DNA of 64,000 nt from an uncultured Verrucomicrobiae bacterium (GTDB lineage Bacteria > Verrucomicrobiota > Verrucomicrobiia > Chthoniobacterales > Terrimicrobiaceae), in assembly GCA_963706955.1 (NCBI GenBank), contig CAVPOC010000006.1, positions 160,001-224,000 on the forward strand, in the 5' to 3' direction. Positions 10,227 to 20,234 of the stretch are shown in pieces. Positions within the stretch are counted from its first letter, which is position 1; each line of letters begins with the position of its first letter. The position numbers and the translations under genes were made by a program. The notes beneath the pieces are model-generated. The model searched no databases and was not told the DNA's origin. It saw only the letters and a program-made list of their open reading frames with translations.

Positions 10227-11288
10227 GTGACGATTCCGACCGAACCTATCGGAAGTATTCCGCGTCCCTTCAAATTGCTTCATGCCATCAAACGATATGG
10301 CGGCTTGCATCCTCGTTTAGAATCGCTTTACGAGGAAGCCATCCGGGACACGATCGAACAGTTTGAGGCAACGGGGTCGCCGGTTATTACCGACGGGGAG
10401 CAACGAAAGTATCACAACTTCGCGACTTACTGCATAGAGGGGCTGCCGAATACCGCGCCAGATGGGTTCGAATTGCCATTCGCCGATGGACATTCTCGTC
10501 GTTGGCGGCGTCTCACAGCTGGTCCATTCCGCTATATGATGCATGGTTACGATTTCCTTGATCGGGCGATGAAGTATGCGCATGTCCCAGTCAAACAAGC
10601 CATCATTTCACCCTCGGCCTTAAGTCTGATGTATCCCACGGAGAATCTTCCCGACTACTCTCGGGAGGAATTTATCGCGGACTTGCTGGGCGAGCATGAA
10701 CGGGAGATTCGCGGGTGCCTCGCTAAAGGAGCCCATAATGTCCAGATCGATTTCACCGAGGGTCGTCTGGCGATAAAGCTTGATCCTTCCGGATGGCTAT
10801 TGAACGGCTTCATCGAGCTGATCAATATCGCGCTAAGCCGTTTTTCCAAGCAGGAGTGTAGGCGTATTGGAGTTCACACCTGCCCAGGATCGGACAGGGA
10901 TTCGACCCATAGCGCGGATGTGGACTATGCCGAACTACTGCCACGCTTGTTCGAGCTGGAGGTTGGAAATTTTTACATCGCGCTAGCTGCCGAACCGGAT
11001 CGCATCCGCGTGCTGAGGATCATCAGGAAATGCCTCAGACCTGGAAGGCGGGTCTTCATCGGTGTGGTCTCGCCCATCGATCCGCGAGTGGAAAGTCCCA
11101 AAGAAATACGAGACCGTATTCTGGAGGCAGCGCGATATATTCCGGTCGAACAACTCGGAACCACCGACGACTGCGGTTTCTCACCATTTTGCGATGACAC
11201 TTCGACCACGCGCGGAAAGGCGTTTGCGAAGATTCGCTCGCGTGTGGAGGGGACGACCTTGGCCGAAGAAATAATTAAAGGAAAATAA
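10227..11288 (+). CDS. Cobalamin-independent methionine synthase II family (single catalytic-domain MetE-like protein)
   Basis: TEPIGSIPRP, ITDGEQRK, VQIDF, HTC Zn motif and DDCGFSPF. Confidence 0.9.
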   Translation: MTIPTEPIGSIPRPFKLLHAIKRYGGLHPRLESLYEEAIRDTIEQFEATGSPVITDGEQRKYHNFATYCIEGLPNTAPDGFELPFADGHSRRWRRLTAGPFRYMMHGYDFLDRAMKYAHVPVKQAIISPSALSLMYPTENLPDYSREEFIADLLGEHEREIRGCLAKGAHNVQIDFTEGRLAIKLDPSGWLLNGFIELINIALSRFSKQECRRIGVHTCPGSDRDSTHSADVDYAELLPRLFELEVGNFYIALAAEPDRIRVLRIIRKCLRPGRRVFIGVVSPIDPRVESPKEIRDRILEAARYIPVEQLGTTDDCGFSPFCDDTSTTRGKAFAKIRSRVEGTTLAEEIIKGK

Positions 11289-11898
11289 ATAAGATAAAAT
11301 CTGAAGGCGAACTCGAAAGGATCCGTTTAACTTTTCGCGACGAAGTTTTCTTTACATTTGAATTTTGCGCCCCTTGCTCGCATTCTTCGGAAGCCATGGG
11401 CGGTAACTCGTCGACAAAAACGCTCTTCTCCGACTCAGCTGAGAAATGCGCCGTCACCTAATTCGAATGAAGGGCACAGGGGCCGGCGAAATCGGTCCTG
11501 ATGAGGAGGGTTGCTTTGGTGGTCTTTTCTACTCGAAGAGTCGGATTTCCGTATTTCAAAGCGCACGCTGAAACGAAAGACCTTCTTTTCCTCTGAGTAA
11601 ATCTATCCGGTCTGCAGATCAACACGCAGTGGCACGCCAATCCGCGTTACGTCCGCTGTTACATGAAAGCCGCGCTCGGTAAACATGTCGATCGGCATCG
11701 CCAAGGCGACCGAGTCATCGAACAGCCGGTCTTCAGAGTTGATGTCGGCGATCCTTGAGACCGCGTGGAGAACCATAATGGGCATCATCTAGCCTTATGA
11801 ACTCGATCACCCGCTCGAAGATTTCTGGCTTCTCCACCTCGTAGCCGTCCAACCTGTGCACGACGGATAGCTTAACAACACGACATTGTGTGATAAAA

Positions 11899-11986
11899 CG
11901 GTGAGGGAGGGATTCGAACCCTCGGAGCCCTTTTGGAGCTCGGAGCTTTAGCAAAGCTCTGCTTTCGACCACTCAGCCACCTCACC
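11899..11986 (-). tRNA. tRNA-Ser (anticodon GCT), CCA not encoded
   Basis: Reverse complement GGTGAGGTGGCTGAGTGGTCGAAAGCAGAGCTTTGCTAAAGCTCCGAGCTCCAAAAGGGCTCCGAGGGTTCGAATCCCTCCCTCACCG. It shows an acceptor stem, anticodon loop TTGCTAA, long variable arm and GGTTCGAATCC T-arm. Confidence 0.97.
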
Positions 11987-12083
11987 ATTTGAAGCCCAGG
12001 AGCCGAAATATTCGGGGATTTCAGGGAAACGTCAAACGCCGAATGGCCAGCGGATCAGAGTCCTTTCTAAGAACTGGCTTTCC

Positions 12084-12105
12084 GGCAGAGACGCCTCTGC
12101 CTACA
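12084..12105 (-). repeat. Possible single GTAG-type REP hairpin
   Basis: Minus strand TGTA-GGCAGAG-GCGT-CTCTGCC: a 7-bp perfect hairpin with a GTAG foot, similar to the element at 51102. Confidence 0.4.
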
Positions 12106-12116
12106 AGGTAGCGCGG

Positions 12117-12965
12117 ATGAGGACCGTTCGAGTTAGAGTGCCTGCGACGACTGCCAACATCGGCCCGGGTTTCGACTGTCTGGGGATTGCTCTCCAGATC
12201 TACAACTGGATTACTGTCAGTCGTGACTCCTCGAAGGATGCAAACCCAATGGCCGAGGCCGCCTGTGCGGCATTTTTCAGGCGAACCGGGCAACGACCGT
12301 TTTCGATTCGATGCGATATTTCCGGCGATGTGCCGCGTGCGCGAGGGCTCGGAAGCAGTGTGACGGTGCGCTTGGGCGTGCTGCATGGCTTGAATCAGCT
12401 CTCAGGCTCGCCGCTAAACCGCGAGGAGATTTTCAAGCTCTGCGCAGAACTCGAAGGTCATCCCGACAATAGCGCGCCCGCCGAGTTCGGAGGCTTTACG
12501 ATTGCGCGGCCGGATGGCACGCTGCAACGCTACCGTGTCGATCGAAAGCTCGAGTTTGCCTTGCTGATTCCGGACTTTGAGGTCTCGACCGCGGATGCTC
12601 GCAGCGTTCTTCCAAAGATGGTGCCACTAAGGGAGGCGGTCATTTCCCTTTCGAATGCATGCGCAATCGCTGGAGCGTTTGCCAGCCGGGAGTATGAAAA
12701 ACTTGTTGGATGCTTTGATGACCGACTGCACCAGCCGTTTCGTCAAAAATTGGTTCCCTTTTTGGCACCGGTGATCGAAGCAGCCAGCAGGGCTGGCGCT
12801 CTCGGCGGTTGGCTCAGCGGTTCGGGATCCACCGTGACGTGCATTGGTCTCGGCGCCTCCGGCCGTATTGCGGATGCGATGCTTGCCGCCTGCAAGATTC
12901 AAGGCGCTCGTGTCGTCACAACTCATGCTGATAACGCCGGGGTGCGGACCTCGATTCGGGAGTGA
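12117..12965 (+). CDS. thrB: Homoserine kinase
   Basis: VPATTANIGPGFDCLG, PRARGLGSS (GHMP motif), EGHPDN and LSGSGST. Confidence 0.96.
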   Translation: MRTVRVRVPATTANIGPGFDCLGIALQIYNWITVSRDSSKDANPMAEAACAAFFRRTGQRPFSIRCDISGDVPRARGLGSSVTVRLGVLHGLNQLSGSPLNREEIFKLCAELEGHPDNSAPAEFGGFTIARPDGTLQRYRVDRKLEFALLIPDFEVSTADARSVLPKMVPLREAVISLSNACAIAGAFASREYEKLVGCFDDRLHQPFRQKLVPFLAPVIEAASRAGALGGWLSGSGSTVTCIGLGASGRIADAMLAACKIQGARVVTTHADNAGVRTSIRE

Positions 12966-12968
12966 TCT

Positions 12969-14156
12969 ATGCGGCGGTGGCTGGAAGGTCTCGAGACGTT
13001 CGCGATCGACGTCATCCTGGAACGGCGGTATGGCCGGCGCGCCGACGTTCTCCGCTGGATCCTGCATGGGCTGGCCGCAATCTATCGCGTCATCGTGCAA
13101 ATCCGGCTGGCACTCTACCGGAATCGCTATCTGCGTCCCCGCTCGCTTGGCTGTGTGGTCATTAGTGTTGGAAATCTCACCGTCGGTGGCACTGGCAAGA
13201 CGCCGGTTGTCGAGATGCTTGCCCGTGCATTACAAGCAGGTGGCCGACGCGTCGCGATTCTCAGCCGGGGATACAAGAGTGTTCCGCGCCCGCTGCTCTT
13301 GAGGGTATGGGAGGCAATCTTTCATAAAAAGGCCGTCTTTGCACCGCGGGTCGTCTCGGATGGAAATTCTCTGCTCTTGGACTCCCGAACCTCCGGCGAC
13401 GAACCCTTCATGCTGGCCAATAACTTGCGCGGCGTTGTCGTGCTCGTGGACCCCGACCGCGTGACCAGTGGACAGTACGCCATCGACAGCTTTGGCGCCG
13501 ATACGCTGCTGCTTGACGACGGCCTCCAATACGTTCGGATGCGGCATGGCATCGAAATCGTGCTCATTGACAGTCAGGCACTCTTTGGAAATGAGTATCT
13601 TCTTCCCCGCGGCACCTTACGCGAGCCACCGCAAAATCTGCGCCGGGCCACCCATATCTTTCTCACAAAATGCACCGACCGGAATAATGGTGCCTCCATC
13701 GCGCGAATTCGGCAGTACAACCGGACGGCGGATATCATTGAATGTGCCCATCGCCCGCGCCACCTACGCAATCTGGTCACCGGCGAGATCAAATCCCTCG
13801 AGTTCTTGCGCGATCTGGAAATTGGATCCATTTGCGGGATTGCCATTCCTGAAAGTTTCGAGAGTGCGTTAAATGACTTGGGGGCCAAAGTCACCGTCTC
13901 AAAGTTCTACACCGACCATCACCGATACAGCATTCGAGAGATCGAAAACTTCATCCGGCGATGCGGCCGACGGGGCTTGGCAGCCATCATCACGACCGAA
14001 AAGGACGCCGTGCGCATTCCACGAATTCTTGAGCCTGAGGTTCCCATTTATTATCTCCGAGTAGAAATCGAGATTCTCGGCGGCCAGGAAACGTGGGTCC
14101 GGTTTGTCGAGAGGCTGACGACAAAGCAGCAGCTGGTGGCGCCGCTCCGCTTATAG
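12969..14156 (+). CDS. lpxK: Tetraacyldisaccharide 4'-kinase
   Basis: [46 protein letters not shown] and TTEKDAVR. Confidence 0.96.
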   Translation: MRRWLEGLETFAIDVILERRYGRRADVLRWILHGLAAIYRVIVQIRLALYRNRYLRPRSLGCVVISVGNLTVGGTGKTPVVEMLARALQAGGRRVAILSRGYKSVPRPLLLRVWEAIFHKKAVFAPRVVSDGNSLLLDSRTSGDEPFMLANNLRGVVVLVDPDRVTSGQYAIDSFGADTLLLDDGLQYVRMRHGIEIVLIDSQALFGNEYLLPRGTLREPPQNLRRATHIFLTKCTDRNNGASIARIRQYNRTADIIECAHRPRHLRNLVTGEIKSLEFLRDLEIGSICGIAIPESFESALNDLGAKVTVSKFYTDHHRYSIREIENFIRRCGRRGLAAIITTEKDAVRIPRILEPEVPIYYLRVEIEILGGQETWVRFVERLTTKQQLVAPLRL

Positions 14157-14168
14157 CGCGAGAAAACT

Positions 14169-14870
14169 CTAAGAAGTCGCCCCAGACTTGCCGAGGACCT
14201 CAAGGTACGTTCGGTTAAGGATTTTGTTGGACTCCGGATCAAGTGTCTCCACTCGCATCTGTTTGAGCATCCATTGGCCGTCGATCTTTTGGGCAGAGAT
14301 GACTTCGAATCGACGAAGAAGCTTTCCCTCTCGATTGTAGCCCTCGATTCGAAGAAGAGCACCGCTCTCTTGATCGATCCAGAGACGGGCCACTCCATAT
14401 TGAGATGAAGTTCTCCAAGCTTGCAGTTCAATCTTCCACGCCTTCCGCGAACGAATCGTGTCCTCACCCAGAAGTTTTGGCCGTTTCCAATAGAGAAATC
14501 TCAGGAAAAGATCTTCATAAGTGATGCCGGTGCCGCGCACAGAATCGTCATAGCGAGCAGGCTTCACTGGTGCCGTCTTGCCGCCAACACGCTCGGAGAG
14601 GGACGAGGAATCTTCGCGTAGTTCAAGAATGAGCTCCTGGTCTGGATTCTGGAAGCGGTAGCGGATCGCTTCATCGACGATGATCTCGAACGGCATGTTG
14701 ATCGAACCTGTCCGCAACTGCGCTTCCAGGGAAATCTTCTGACCGACCGGATTTAGCCGCGCTGCGCGCAGGATGGCCTCAGCATCGGGTTCGCCACGGC
14801 AAACTGTCACGAACGAGAAGGCAGCGAACATCGCAAGTGGCTTGCGAAATCGTCCGGAACGGAAAATCAT
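14169..14870 (-). CDS. Outer-membrane lipoprotein-sorting (LolA-like) protein
   Basis: Signal peptide; GTGITYEDL, LWIDQE...LRIEGYNREGKLLRRF and KIDGQW pattern of LolA-like sorting proteins. Confidence 0.75.
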   Translation of the reverse strand: MIFRSGRFRKPLAMFAAFSFVTVCRGEPDAEAILRAARLNPVGQKISLEAQLRTGSINMPFEIIVDEAIRYRFQNPDQELILELREDSSSLSERVGGKTAPVKPARYDDSVRGTGITYEDLFLRFLYWKRPKLLGEDTIRSRKAWKIELQAWRTSSQYGVARLWIDQESGALLRIEGYNREGKLLRRFEVISAQKIDGQWMLKQMRVETLDPESNKILNRTYLEVLGKSGATS

Positions 14871-14895
14871 CTCGGAAGGCTAACTGTGGCCTTGC

Positions 14896-15543
14896 ATGGA
14901 TCAACAGATACTTTTCCTGATCAATCACGATTGGGCGCATCGAGCGCTCGACCGCGTGATGGCGGTGATGTCGAGTCTGGATTTCTGGTTGCCATTCCTA
15001 ATTGCGGTGGCAGTGGTTGCCGCAATTTGGGGCGGCTTCCGCATGCGCATGATGTTGCTCACGGCGGGTTTAGCGATTGCCGTGACCGATGCGCTGGTGG
15101 TCCGAACATTAAAGGATTTGGTGGGGCGTCCGCGACCACATGAAATGCTTGCGGGCGTGCGGACGCTCGACCTCGCCCCCACGACGCCGCGTTTCCTCGC
15201 CTTGGTTAAGCCACTGAAGGAGGAATACTCCGGCGAGCGCATTCGTCCCCCGCGCGGGAATTCGTTTCCGTCGGCGCATGCAGCCAACAACTTTGCGGTG
15301 GCCACAGTCTGCGCAGTGTTTTTTCGACGATGGGGGTGGCTCCTCTTTTTACCAGCAATTCTCGTAGCCTATAGTCGTGTCTATGTGGGCTCCCATTGGC
15401 CATTCGATGTCCTAGTGTCCTGCCTCCTCGGGTTGGGGCTGGGATTGTTGGTCGTTGTCGGCGTCGAGGCGCTCTGGCGGCGATGGGGAGGGTCGTTTCT
15501 TCCACAATTGCACACCGCTTACCCAAGCCTTCTCTCTGCGTGA
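14896..15543 (+). CDS. PAP2-family membrane phosphatase (LpxE/undecaprenyl-PP phosphatase-like)
   Basis: KxxxxRPRP, SFPSAHA and SRVYVGSHWPFDV motifs; TM helices. Confidence 0.92.
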   Translation: MDQQILFLINHDWAHRALDRVMAVMSSLDFWLPFLIAVAVVAAIWGGFRMRMMLLTAGLAIAVTDALVVRTLKDLVGRPRPHEMLAGVRTLDLAPTTPRFLALVKPLKEEYSGERIRPPRGNSFPSAHAANNFAVATVCAVFFRRWGWLLFLPAILVAYSRVYVGSHWPFDVLVSCLLGLGLGLLVVVGVEALWRRWGGSFLPQLHTAYPSLLSA

Positions 15544-17036
15544 GCGCGCCGCGAACGCTTCTTGTCTTCGCCCTGCTAGCGACTATTGCGCGCTTGGGGT
15601 TTGTGTGGTTGACGGAGCCGTCGCCAGCGGATGCCTACTACTATCTCTGCTCACAGCGACTTGCTCCGGCATATTTCGACGGGCCGGCCGGCACAGCATT
15701 GCTGACTGAACTCGCGAGTGTCTACGGGAAGTCCGACGTGATCTGGCGAATGACTGCTCCGCTCTGGAGCCTTATCGCGACGTGTGCCTGCTTCGGTTTC
15801 GTTCGACAACTTTCTGACGCACGCCGAGGAGCGTATGTGGCTCTCGTCTTGAATGTGGTTCCCATCTTCAATTCCGCCGCGTTGCGCCTCGGCCCCGAGC
15901 TTCCGACTCTGACGTTTGTCACCCTCGGCATGCTGGCTGCGTGGAGGGCATCCGGCGCCGAGGCAGGCAAGCTCGTCTGGTGGGTCGGATCTGGTCTATT
16001 CTTCGGTCTGGCGACCTGCTTTGCGTATGCCGCGGTCGCGATCGTGCCCGGAGTCGTGACGTTCGCCATGTCCTCTGCCAAACGGCGGCGCTCCGTGGAT
16101 TTCTACGGGATGTGGGCACTGCTCGGAATACCTGCGCTATGCCTCGCGCCAGCCCTCGTCTGGAACGCGAGCAATGACTGGATTCCCATCGCCGGCGGAA
16201 CATTTCGAACGCTGTGGGAATTCGATTTGAAGCGTTTGGGACCTGCTCTCTCAGCCTTGTTGGTGGCATTTTCTCCACTCTTGTTTGCAGCGATGATCCT
16301 CGGCTGGTTTCACGCTCTCGTTGAGTCGCGAACAGGCCATGTCCGCTCGCGGTTTGCCTTCTGGAGCGCCGCGCCTTCTGTTCTTATCGGGGCTTATTTC
16401 CTGCTCCGCGGAAGTCCAGCCACTGTCTACTTTCTTCTCGTCGCGCCTTTGCTCCTGTTCAAGGCAACGGATTTGTTCGCCTCGGAAGGGCGCTTGTTTG
16501 TCATTCTGCGATGGGCAGCGGTCATCGTTGCGGTTGCCTTTTCTGGGTTGGCCATTTATGCGAGCTGGCAAGAGGGACGTGGCTGGCGGGCGGCGGCCTT
16601 GGAGATGGGTCGCGCTTTTCTCGAAAAGTCCAGACAAGGCCAGGATGACTTGTTCCTTATCGCTGAGGACGAGAAACTGGCCTCGGTGCTTGGATACCAT
16701 CTCAGGGATGCTCTGGTAGCGCCGGCCGGACATCCCACCGTCTACGTCCGAGAATCGCAAGATGTCTCCAACCAATTTGCCCTGTGGCCCACTTATGGCG
16801 ATTTCACGGAGACCGACCGGGTTGTTGATGAATATTTTACCGAACAGCAAGCCGAGAATCCCTTCCTGGGTCGCAGCGCTCTCTACATTACCCACGAACG
16901 AGATGCCGATCTCCCGCAATCGATACGAGGTGCCTTTGATTCGGTGGTCCTCTTCCGCGAAATCCCGGGAACCGCAGCCGATATTCGACCACTTTACATT
17001 TATCTCTGCCTTGTTTACCAAACCTTGCCTTTGTGA
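15540..17036 (+). CDS. ArnT/GT39-like polyprenol-phosphate-sugar transferase
   Basis: GTG overlaps the upstream stop. DAYYYLCSQRLAPAYFDGP (cf. DEAYYW..S..L...YFDHPP), many TM helices, PxLxWN motif. Confidence 0.8.
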   Translation: MSAPRTLLVFALLATIARLGFVWLTEPSPADAYYYLCSQRLAPAYFDGPAGTALLTELASVYGKSDVIWRMTAPLWSLIATCACFGFVRQLSDARRGAYVALVLNVVPIFNSAALRLGPELPTLTFVTLGMLAAWRASGAEAGKLVWWVGSGLFFGLATCFAYAAVAIVPGVVTFAMSSAKRRRSVDFYGMWALLGIPALCLAPALVWNASNDWIPIAGGTFRTLWEFDLKRLGPALSALLVAFSPLLFAAMILGWFHALVESRTGHVRSRFAFWSAAPSVLIGAYFLLRGSPATVYFLLVAPLLLFKATDLFASEGRLFVILRWAAVIVAVAFSGLAIYASWQEGRGWRAAALEMGRAFLEKSRQGQDDLFLIAEDEKLASVLGYHLRDALVAPAGHPTVYVRESQDVSNQFALWPTYGDFTETDRVVDEYFTEQQAENPFLGRSALYITHERDADLPQSIRGAFDSVVLFREIPGTAADIRPLYIYLCLVYQTLPL

Positions 17037-17770
17037 ACTCTCCGACCCTTTCCATCGTCGTCCCTCTTTTCAATGAGGCCGACAATGTCAGCCTTCTTCA
17101 GCAGGAGATCTCTGCTGCCCTCGGAGATCGCAGCTACGAATTGATTCTTGTGGACGACGGCTCGACCGATGGCACGGCCGCGCGCATCCAGCGAAGTCCC
17201 AATGTCCGGGTGTTACAATTTAAAAGGAACAGTGGTCAAAGCGCGGCGATGCTGGCGGGAATGCGTGCCGCCCGAGGCGCGTCTGTTGTCTTGCTGGATG
17301 GCGATTTACAGAATGACGCGCGAGACATACCCAGCTTGCTCTTAGAAATTGAACGCGGTGCCGACCTGGTTTGCGGCTATCGGTTAAAGCGCAAAGATAC
17401 GTTGGTCAAGAAACTGACCAGTCGCATCGCGAATGCTGTGCGGAGTCGATTCGTCGGCGATGGGGTTCGAGACACAGGTTGTACGTTGAAGGCGATGCGC
17501 CGCGTGTGCGTGGATAGTTTAGTGCCCTTCAAAGGCGTGCATCGATTCATTCCCGCGTTCGTGAAGAACGCCGGGTTCAAGGTCGTGGAAGTTCCCGTCA
17601 ATCATCGGCCGCGCCAATTTGGCGTCAGCAAGTATGGTTTGGGCAATCGCGCAGTCCGCGCGACGCTAGATATGTTTGGGGTACGCTGGCTGCAATCGCG
17701 CACGCTGAACCTGGCGGTGGACGAAGTAAATAAAACGACCGAGAAGGAACCATTACAAGCTGCCCCGTAG
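17033..17770 (+). CDS. GT2 glycosyltransferase (ArnC/Dol-P-Man synthase-like)
   Basis: SIVVPLFNEADN, VDDGSTDGT, DGDLQND, DTGCTLKA, HRFIP and VPVNHRPRxxGxSKY. Confidence 0.92.
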   Translation: MNSPTLSIVVPLFNEADNVSLLQQEISAALGDRSYELILVDDGSTDGTAARIQRSPNVRVLQFKRNSGQSAAMLAGMRAARGASVVLLDGDLQNDARDIPSLLLEIERGADLVCGYRLKRKDTLVKKLTSRIANAVRSRFVGDGVRDTGCTLKAMRRVCVDSLVPFKGVHRFIPAFVKNAGFKVVEVPVNHRPRQFGVSKYGLGNRAVRATLDMFGVRWLQSRTLNLAVDEVNKTTEKEPLQAAP

Positions 17771-18946
17771 TCCGCGGACGCTATTATCCGGCGCACGGTC
17801 CCAAAAATAGCGCTTGAGAAGCACCTTAACTGTGGCGGTGAGAGGCACCGCTAGGAGGGCGCCGAGGAGACCTCCGAGGATCAAGCTCCAGCCAAGCACC
17901 GAAATAATGACGGTGAGCGGATGCAGGCCGACAGAATCGCCAACGATCTTGGGCGCAATGACCATCCCATCGATATTGTTAGTGGCCAGAAAGATGATTG
18001 TGACCAGCACAGGATGCCACCAATCCCCGAACTGCGCAGCTGCGATGATCACTGCGGGAATCCAGCAAATCATCATGCCGAGGTAGGGAATCAGCCCGAG
18101 CAGTCCAACCATCAGGCCGATCAGCAATGAGAACTCGAGCCGGACAAAGATGAGAAGGGAAAGGCCGATCAGCAAGCCATCGATCAAGCTGACGAGCAGT
18201 TGACCGCGAAAAAAGTTGATCAGGTAGTTATTGATTTCGTTGAGCAGGGAAACGATCTCGCTCTTGAGAGGGGATGCTCGCAGAGGAAGATACTTACTCC
18301 AATTCTGGGAAATTGAGTGGCCTTCCTTCAGAAAGAAAAATAAAAAAATCGGAACCAAGATAAGGCTGAGCAGGAAGCCGAAGACGCCCAGAAATCCTCC
18401 CAGGCTCCGCTGCAGGAACTTGCCTGTTGCCACCGCGATATCGGGAAGTTTTGTTTGCAGCCAGCCAATGCCCTCACCGATGGCCGCGGCTAAGTAACCC
18501 TTAAAGGGCGCGCTCGCGACCTGATTCTCAGGTTTTTGAAAGATCGGCAGCTCGGCCAGACGTTTTACGTTTTCGACGGTTTGGTCAATCAGCGCCTGGG
18601 CGCGCTCGATATATTCGGGCATACGCGTGGCAAGTTGCTGCCCTTGATTTCCTACCGCCGGAATGATGTAGATGAGAATGCCCGCGACCATCGCGATCGA
18701 CACGCTAAAGACCGCGATCACAGACATCGTGCGCGAGAGGCGGCGCCTCTCCAGCCATGCCACCACCGGGTCCAGCAGGTAGGCAAGAATTGCCGCAATC
18801 GCAATGGGAACCAAAATCGGTTGGAGGTACCACATGGCATTAAAGATGAGCCATCCCAACAGTGTCACGACGGCGCCAATTGCCACGAATGAGAGCGCTG
18901 TAACCGCCGACCAGAACATCTTCTTCTGGAAAGGCGTAGGTGACAT
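17753..18946 (-). CDS. AI-2E family transporter
   Basis: AYLLDPVV, FFRGQL, LIPYLG, PKIVGDSVGLHPL and GALLAVPL. Start set at MSPTPFQKK. Confidence 0.92.
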   Translation of the reverse strand: MSPTPFQKKMFWSAVTALSFVAIGAVVTLLGWLIFNAMWYLQPILVPIAIAAILAYLLDPVVAWLERRRLSRTMSVIAVFSVSIAMVAGILIYIIPAVGNQGQQLATRMPEYIERAQALIDQTVENVKRLAELPIFQKPENQVASAPFKGYLAAAIGEGIGWLQTKLPDIAVATGKFLQRSLGGFLGVFGFLLSLILVPIFLFFFLKEGHSISQNWSKYLPLRASPLKSEIVSLLNEINNYLINFFRGQLLVSLIDGLLIGLSLLIFVRLEFSLLIGLMVGLLGLIPYLGMMICWIPAVIIAAAQFGDWWHPVLVTIIFLATNNIDGMVIAPKIVGDSVGLHPLTVIISVLGWSLILGGLLGALLAVPLTATVKVLLKRYFWDRAPDNSVRGLRGSL

Positions 18947-19096
18947 AGAAGGGCAATTAGCCGAAGAAAGGGTGGGAATCCAAGACAAAGCGCCCCGTGG
19001 TGCCGAAGAATGGGTTGCGTATATTCGCGGTGCATCCACACCTGGTTTGGGTAACTTCCGTGGGTTGATCCTTTTCCGCGCTATGACCACCACTAG

Positions 19097-20188
19097 ATGA
19101 AGAGCCTCTTGCGATTCCTTCTTTTTGTTCTGATCTCTGCGGCTGCGGTCGGCAGTGTCTACATCTGGAAGCAGACACGGCCCAACGGTCTTGGCGAAGC
19201 CGACGACCAAATGACAGCCCACAGTTCGCTGCTCTCAAGGCTCGATCGGGAGTTCACCGCCCTGGTCAGCCGGGTCTTGCCTGCAGTTGTGAGCATTGAG
19301 GCCATTCCCGCCGCCAGCGTAGATCCACGCGTCCAGATGCTGCGCTTTCTCTTCGGTGGAGACCAACCGAACCTTCGTCCGAGCGGCTCCGGAGTCATTG
19401 TCTCAGAGAACGGCCATATCGTAACGAATCTTCACGTGGTCAACAACGCCCGCGCTGTTCAAGTGCAGCTGGCGGACGGCCGCACTCTACCGGCGAAGTT
19501 TGTCGGGGCAGATAGTCCCTCTGACATCGCCCTACTCAAGATTGAGGCGGAAGGACTGCAAGCGATGCCTTTTGGCGACTCGGACAAGGTAAACGTGGGG
19601 CAAATGGTTTTTGCCGTCGGCAATCCCCTGGGGCTGCAAGAGACCGTGACTCAAGGCATCGTCAGCGCCAAGGGTCGCCGCGCGTTGAGCGAGGCGGCCA
19701 ACGAGTTCTTTCAAACAGACGCGGCGATAAACCCGGGCAACTCAGGGGGACCTTTGGTAAATCTTGACGGCGAGATGATCGGGATCAACAATTCGATCTC
19801 ACCGCAAGGCCAGGGGATTGGCTTTGCCATTCCCTCCAATACCGTCAGGCGTGTTTTTGAAAGCATCCGCGATTTTGGGCGGTTTATCCGACCGTGGTTC
19901 GGCGCTTACATGCGCTCCTTGACACCGCAGCTCGCGCAGCAACTCGGGTTGCCAGACGCCTCCGGAGTCTTGATATTGCTCGTCTATGAGGGGTCTCCCG
20001 CGGAGAAGGGCGGAGTAAACCCCGGCGATGTCATTATCGAGTTTAATGGGAAAACCATTCGCGATCTCATCGATCTACGAAACCGAGTTGCCGAGACCGA
20101 TATTGGACAGGAAATTGCCATGCGCGTGAGGCGCGCGGGCAAGGAACTGATGCTGCGCACCGTGGTCGCCGCCGAGCCGACGAGATGA
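19097..20188 (+). CDS. HtrA/DegS-like serine protease with one PDZ domain
   Basis: N-terminal TM anchor, GSGVIV, TNLHVV, DIALLK, TDAAINPGNSGGPL and a C-terminal PDZ domain. Confidence 0.95.
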   Translation: MKSLLRFLLFVLISAAAVGSVYIWKQTRPNGLGEADDQMTAHSSLLSRLDREFTALVSRVLPAVVSIEAIPAASVDPRVQMLRFLFGGDQPNLRPSGSGVIVSENGHIVTNLHVVNNARAVQVQLADGRTLPAKFVGADSPSDIALLKIEAEGLQAMPFGDSDKVNVGQMVFAVGNPLGLQETVTQGIVSAKGRRALSEAANEFFQTDAAINPGNSGGPLVNLDGEMIGINNSISPQGQGIGFAIPSNTVRRVFESIRDFGRFIRPWFGAYMRSLTPQLAQQLGLPDASGVLILLVYEGSPAEKGGVNPGDVIIEFNGKTIRDLIDLRNRVAETDIGQEIAMRVRRAGKELMLRTVVAAEPTR

Positions 20189-20234
20189 CGTATCGCCCTT
20201 TATTTTTCGACAGATTTCTTTAGGCTTAGCATTC

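Noticed and set aside
11498..11545. CTGATGA...GAA resembling a hammerhead ribozyme core
   Set aside because: The core reads GAAG rather than GAAA, and I could not build stems I and III.
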